Below, one piece after another: positions 38,432-39,743 of a stretch of DNA of 39,743 nt. The notes below the pieces were generated by a model. It saw only the letters and a list, made by a program, of their open reading frames with translations. It had not been told where the DNA came from and ran no database searches. Source of the DNA: Thermodesulfovibrionales bacterium (GTDB taxonomy: Bacteria > Nitrospirota > Thermodesulfovibrionia > Thermodesulfovibrionales > SM23-35); contig CAVQRT010000016.1 of NCBI GenBank assembly GCA_963715195.1, positions 1 through 39,743 of the forward strand, in the 5' to 3' direction. A program made the translations under genes and the position numbers. Every line of letters begins with the position of its first letter. Positions within the stretch are counted from its first letter, which is position 1.

Positions 38432-39331
38432 ATGCGCAGAGTACTGTATTTCCTGATAACGAACCTAGCGATTGTAATAGTGCTGGGAATTGTATTGAGG
38501 ATTCTCGGCGTTGAACCTTATCTGACCGCTTACGGACTAAATTATCAGTCGCTCCTCATATTTTCCGCCGTTTTCGGTATGGGCGGGGCATTCATAAGTC
38601 TTGCTCTCTCGAAGTGGAGCGCAAAGAGACTTACAAGGGCTCAGGTGGTAACATCCCCTGCAAATGAAACAGAGCGTTGGCTCGTCACAACGATAGGAGA
38701 ACTTGCTTCCAGGGCAAGCATAAGAATGCCCGAGGTTGCCATATTTCCCTCTGATGACATGAATGCGTTTGCAACTGGCATGAAGCGAAACAACGCCCTT
38801 GTAGCTGTCTCAAGCGGGATGCTGCGGCGCATGGACAAGGAGAACATCCGCGCGGTGCTGGCGCATGAAGTGGCCCATGTAAAAAATGGAGACATGATAA
38901 CCCTTGCGCTCATACAGGGTGTGGTGAACACATTCGTCATATTCTTTGCGCGTGTTATCGGGTATACCGTTGACAGAGTGATTTTCAGAAATGAGAGGGG
39001 ACATGGTATAGGTTTCTGGGTAACGACGATCATCGCAGAGATATGCCTTGCAATGCTTGCCTCGATTATCGTCCTCTGGTTTTTCAAGAAAAAGGGAATA
39101 TCGTGCCGACAGCGGTTCTGCGGATTTGGTTGGAAAAAAGCCAATGATAGGTGCACTCGAAGCCTTGAAAATGCTCTACTACAGCAGCCTCATCTGCCTG
39201 ACCAAATGGCGGCTTTTGGTACTCCGGGACTAGAAGAGCAGGGGTTGAAAGCGCTCTTTGCAACCCATCCGAACCTCGATGACCGGATTAATACCCTTAT
39301 GGCGTCGAAGTATCCGGATTACAAGCCTTGA
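38432..39331 (+). CDS. htpX: Protease HtpX (M48 zinc metalloprotease) with compensating apparent frameshifts at ~39082 and ~39175
   Basis: ISLALSKW, MPEVAI, NAFATG, AHEVAHVKNGDM, ATHP. The conserved FSRKREYRAD is present but in the shifted frame. Confidence 0.92.
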   Translation: MRRVLYFLITNLAIVIVLGIVLRILGVEPYLTAYGLNYQSLLIFSAVFGMGGAFISLALSKWSAKRLTRAQVVTSPANETERWLVTTIGELASRASIRMPEVAIFPSDDMNAFATGMKRNNALVAVSSGMLRRMDKENIRAVLAHEVAHVKNGDMITLALIQGVVNTFVIFFARVIGYTVDRVIFRNERGHGIGFWVTTIIAEICLAMLASIIVLWFFKKKGISCRQRFCGFGWKKANDRCTRSLENALLQQPHLPDQMAAFGTPGLEEQGLKALFATHPNLDDRINTLMASKYPDYKP

Positions 39332-39743
39332 TTGAACAGGGCAGATCCTTTTTTCTTACCAACCGGGCGATAGCGGATATATTGCCATTTCAGGACAGTA
39401 ATCATGAGAATTTCCTGTTCAAAGCAATATCTTTGAAAAATATCCTTACTGTTTGATTGATGAAGTAGCTGAAAAAGTATTTATTACGCCTGCCAAACAG
39501 GAAAACGTTTTGAGCACCTGCTTTCAACACTCAGCAAAAATCAAATTTGTTAAAGAGTACATCCCAGATTAAATATGCCAAAATTTGTATATGGAGAATC
39601 TTTCAAATGGAAAGAAAGAGCTGGTCTCGTGAGGAGACGTGTTTGTTTCTTTTGGGAGTGAAATAATTTTTAGAGAAAAGTCTGCTTTTGGGGGAAGTTG
39701 TCAGACTCCAGCTTCCCAGCGGACTATTCAGGGCAGATGACTT

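Noticed and set aside
38641..39156. Long antisense ORFs (also 24636-25217, 20738-21229, 11302-11775)
   Set aside because: Shadow frames opposite well-supported genes.

Overview
A ~40 kb bacterial window of moderate-to-low GC, mixing housekeeping and accessory genes with many mobile elements. Housekeeping/accessory genes include trkH-trkA, two MscS channels, galT, an OmpA lipoprotein, an FKBP PPIase, infC, several secreted hypothetical proteins, two orphan histidine kinases, TetR plus two methyltransferases, a cold-shock protein, CBS plus an ArsB/NhaD transporter, a RelA/SpoT-TPR protein and htpX. Mobile DNA comprises an IS256 splitting galT (6-bp TSD), an IS110 with a long structured non-coding left end, an IS3 (3-bp TSD), a palindrome-ended IS200/605-like mini-element and a lone attC-like site. 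The most striking feature is a pair of ~720-nt ORF-less group II introns (3803-4524, 7181-7900) that have lost almost the whole RT/maturase ORF and differ in EBS1. Both sit at the same point (CTATG^TG) in the loop of a hairpin, and their otherwise unrelated flanks share an exactly spaced motif, TGCG-N5-CTATG^TG-N8-TACTC-N5-TGACTC. Several unannotated structured-RNA candidates are also visible (31146-31305, 31941-32032, 23975-24157, 18652-18748, and the 19465/21432 repeat). Single-base frameshifts in trkH, mscS2, htpX and others, several in homopolymers, look like assembly errors. All calls were made by eye, without database searches.
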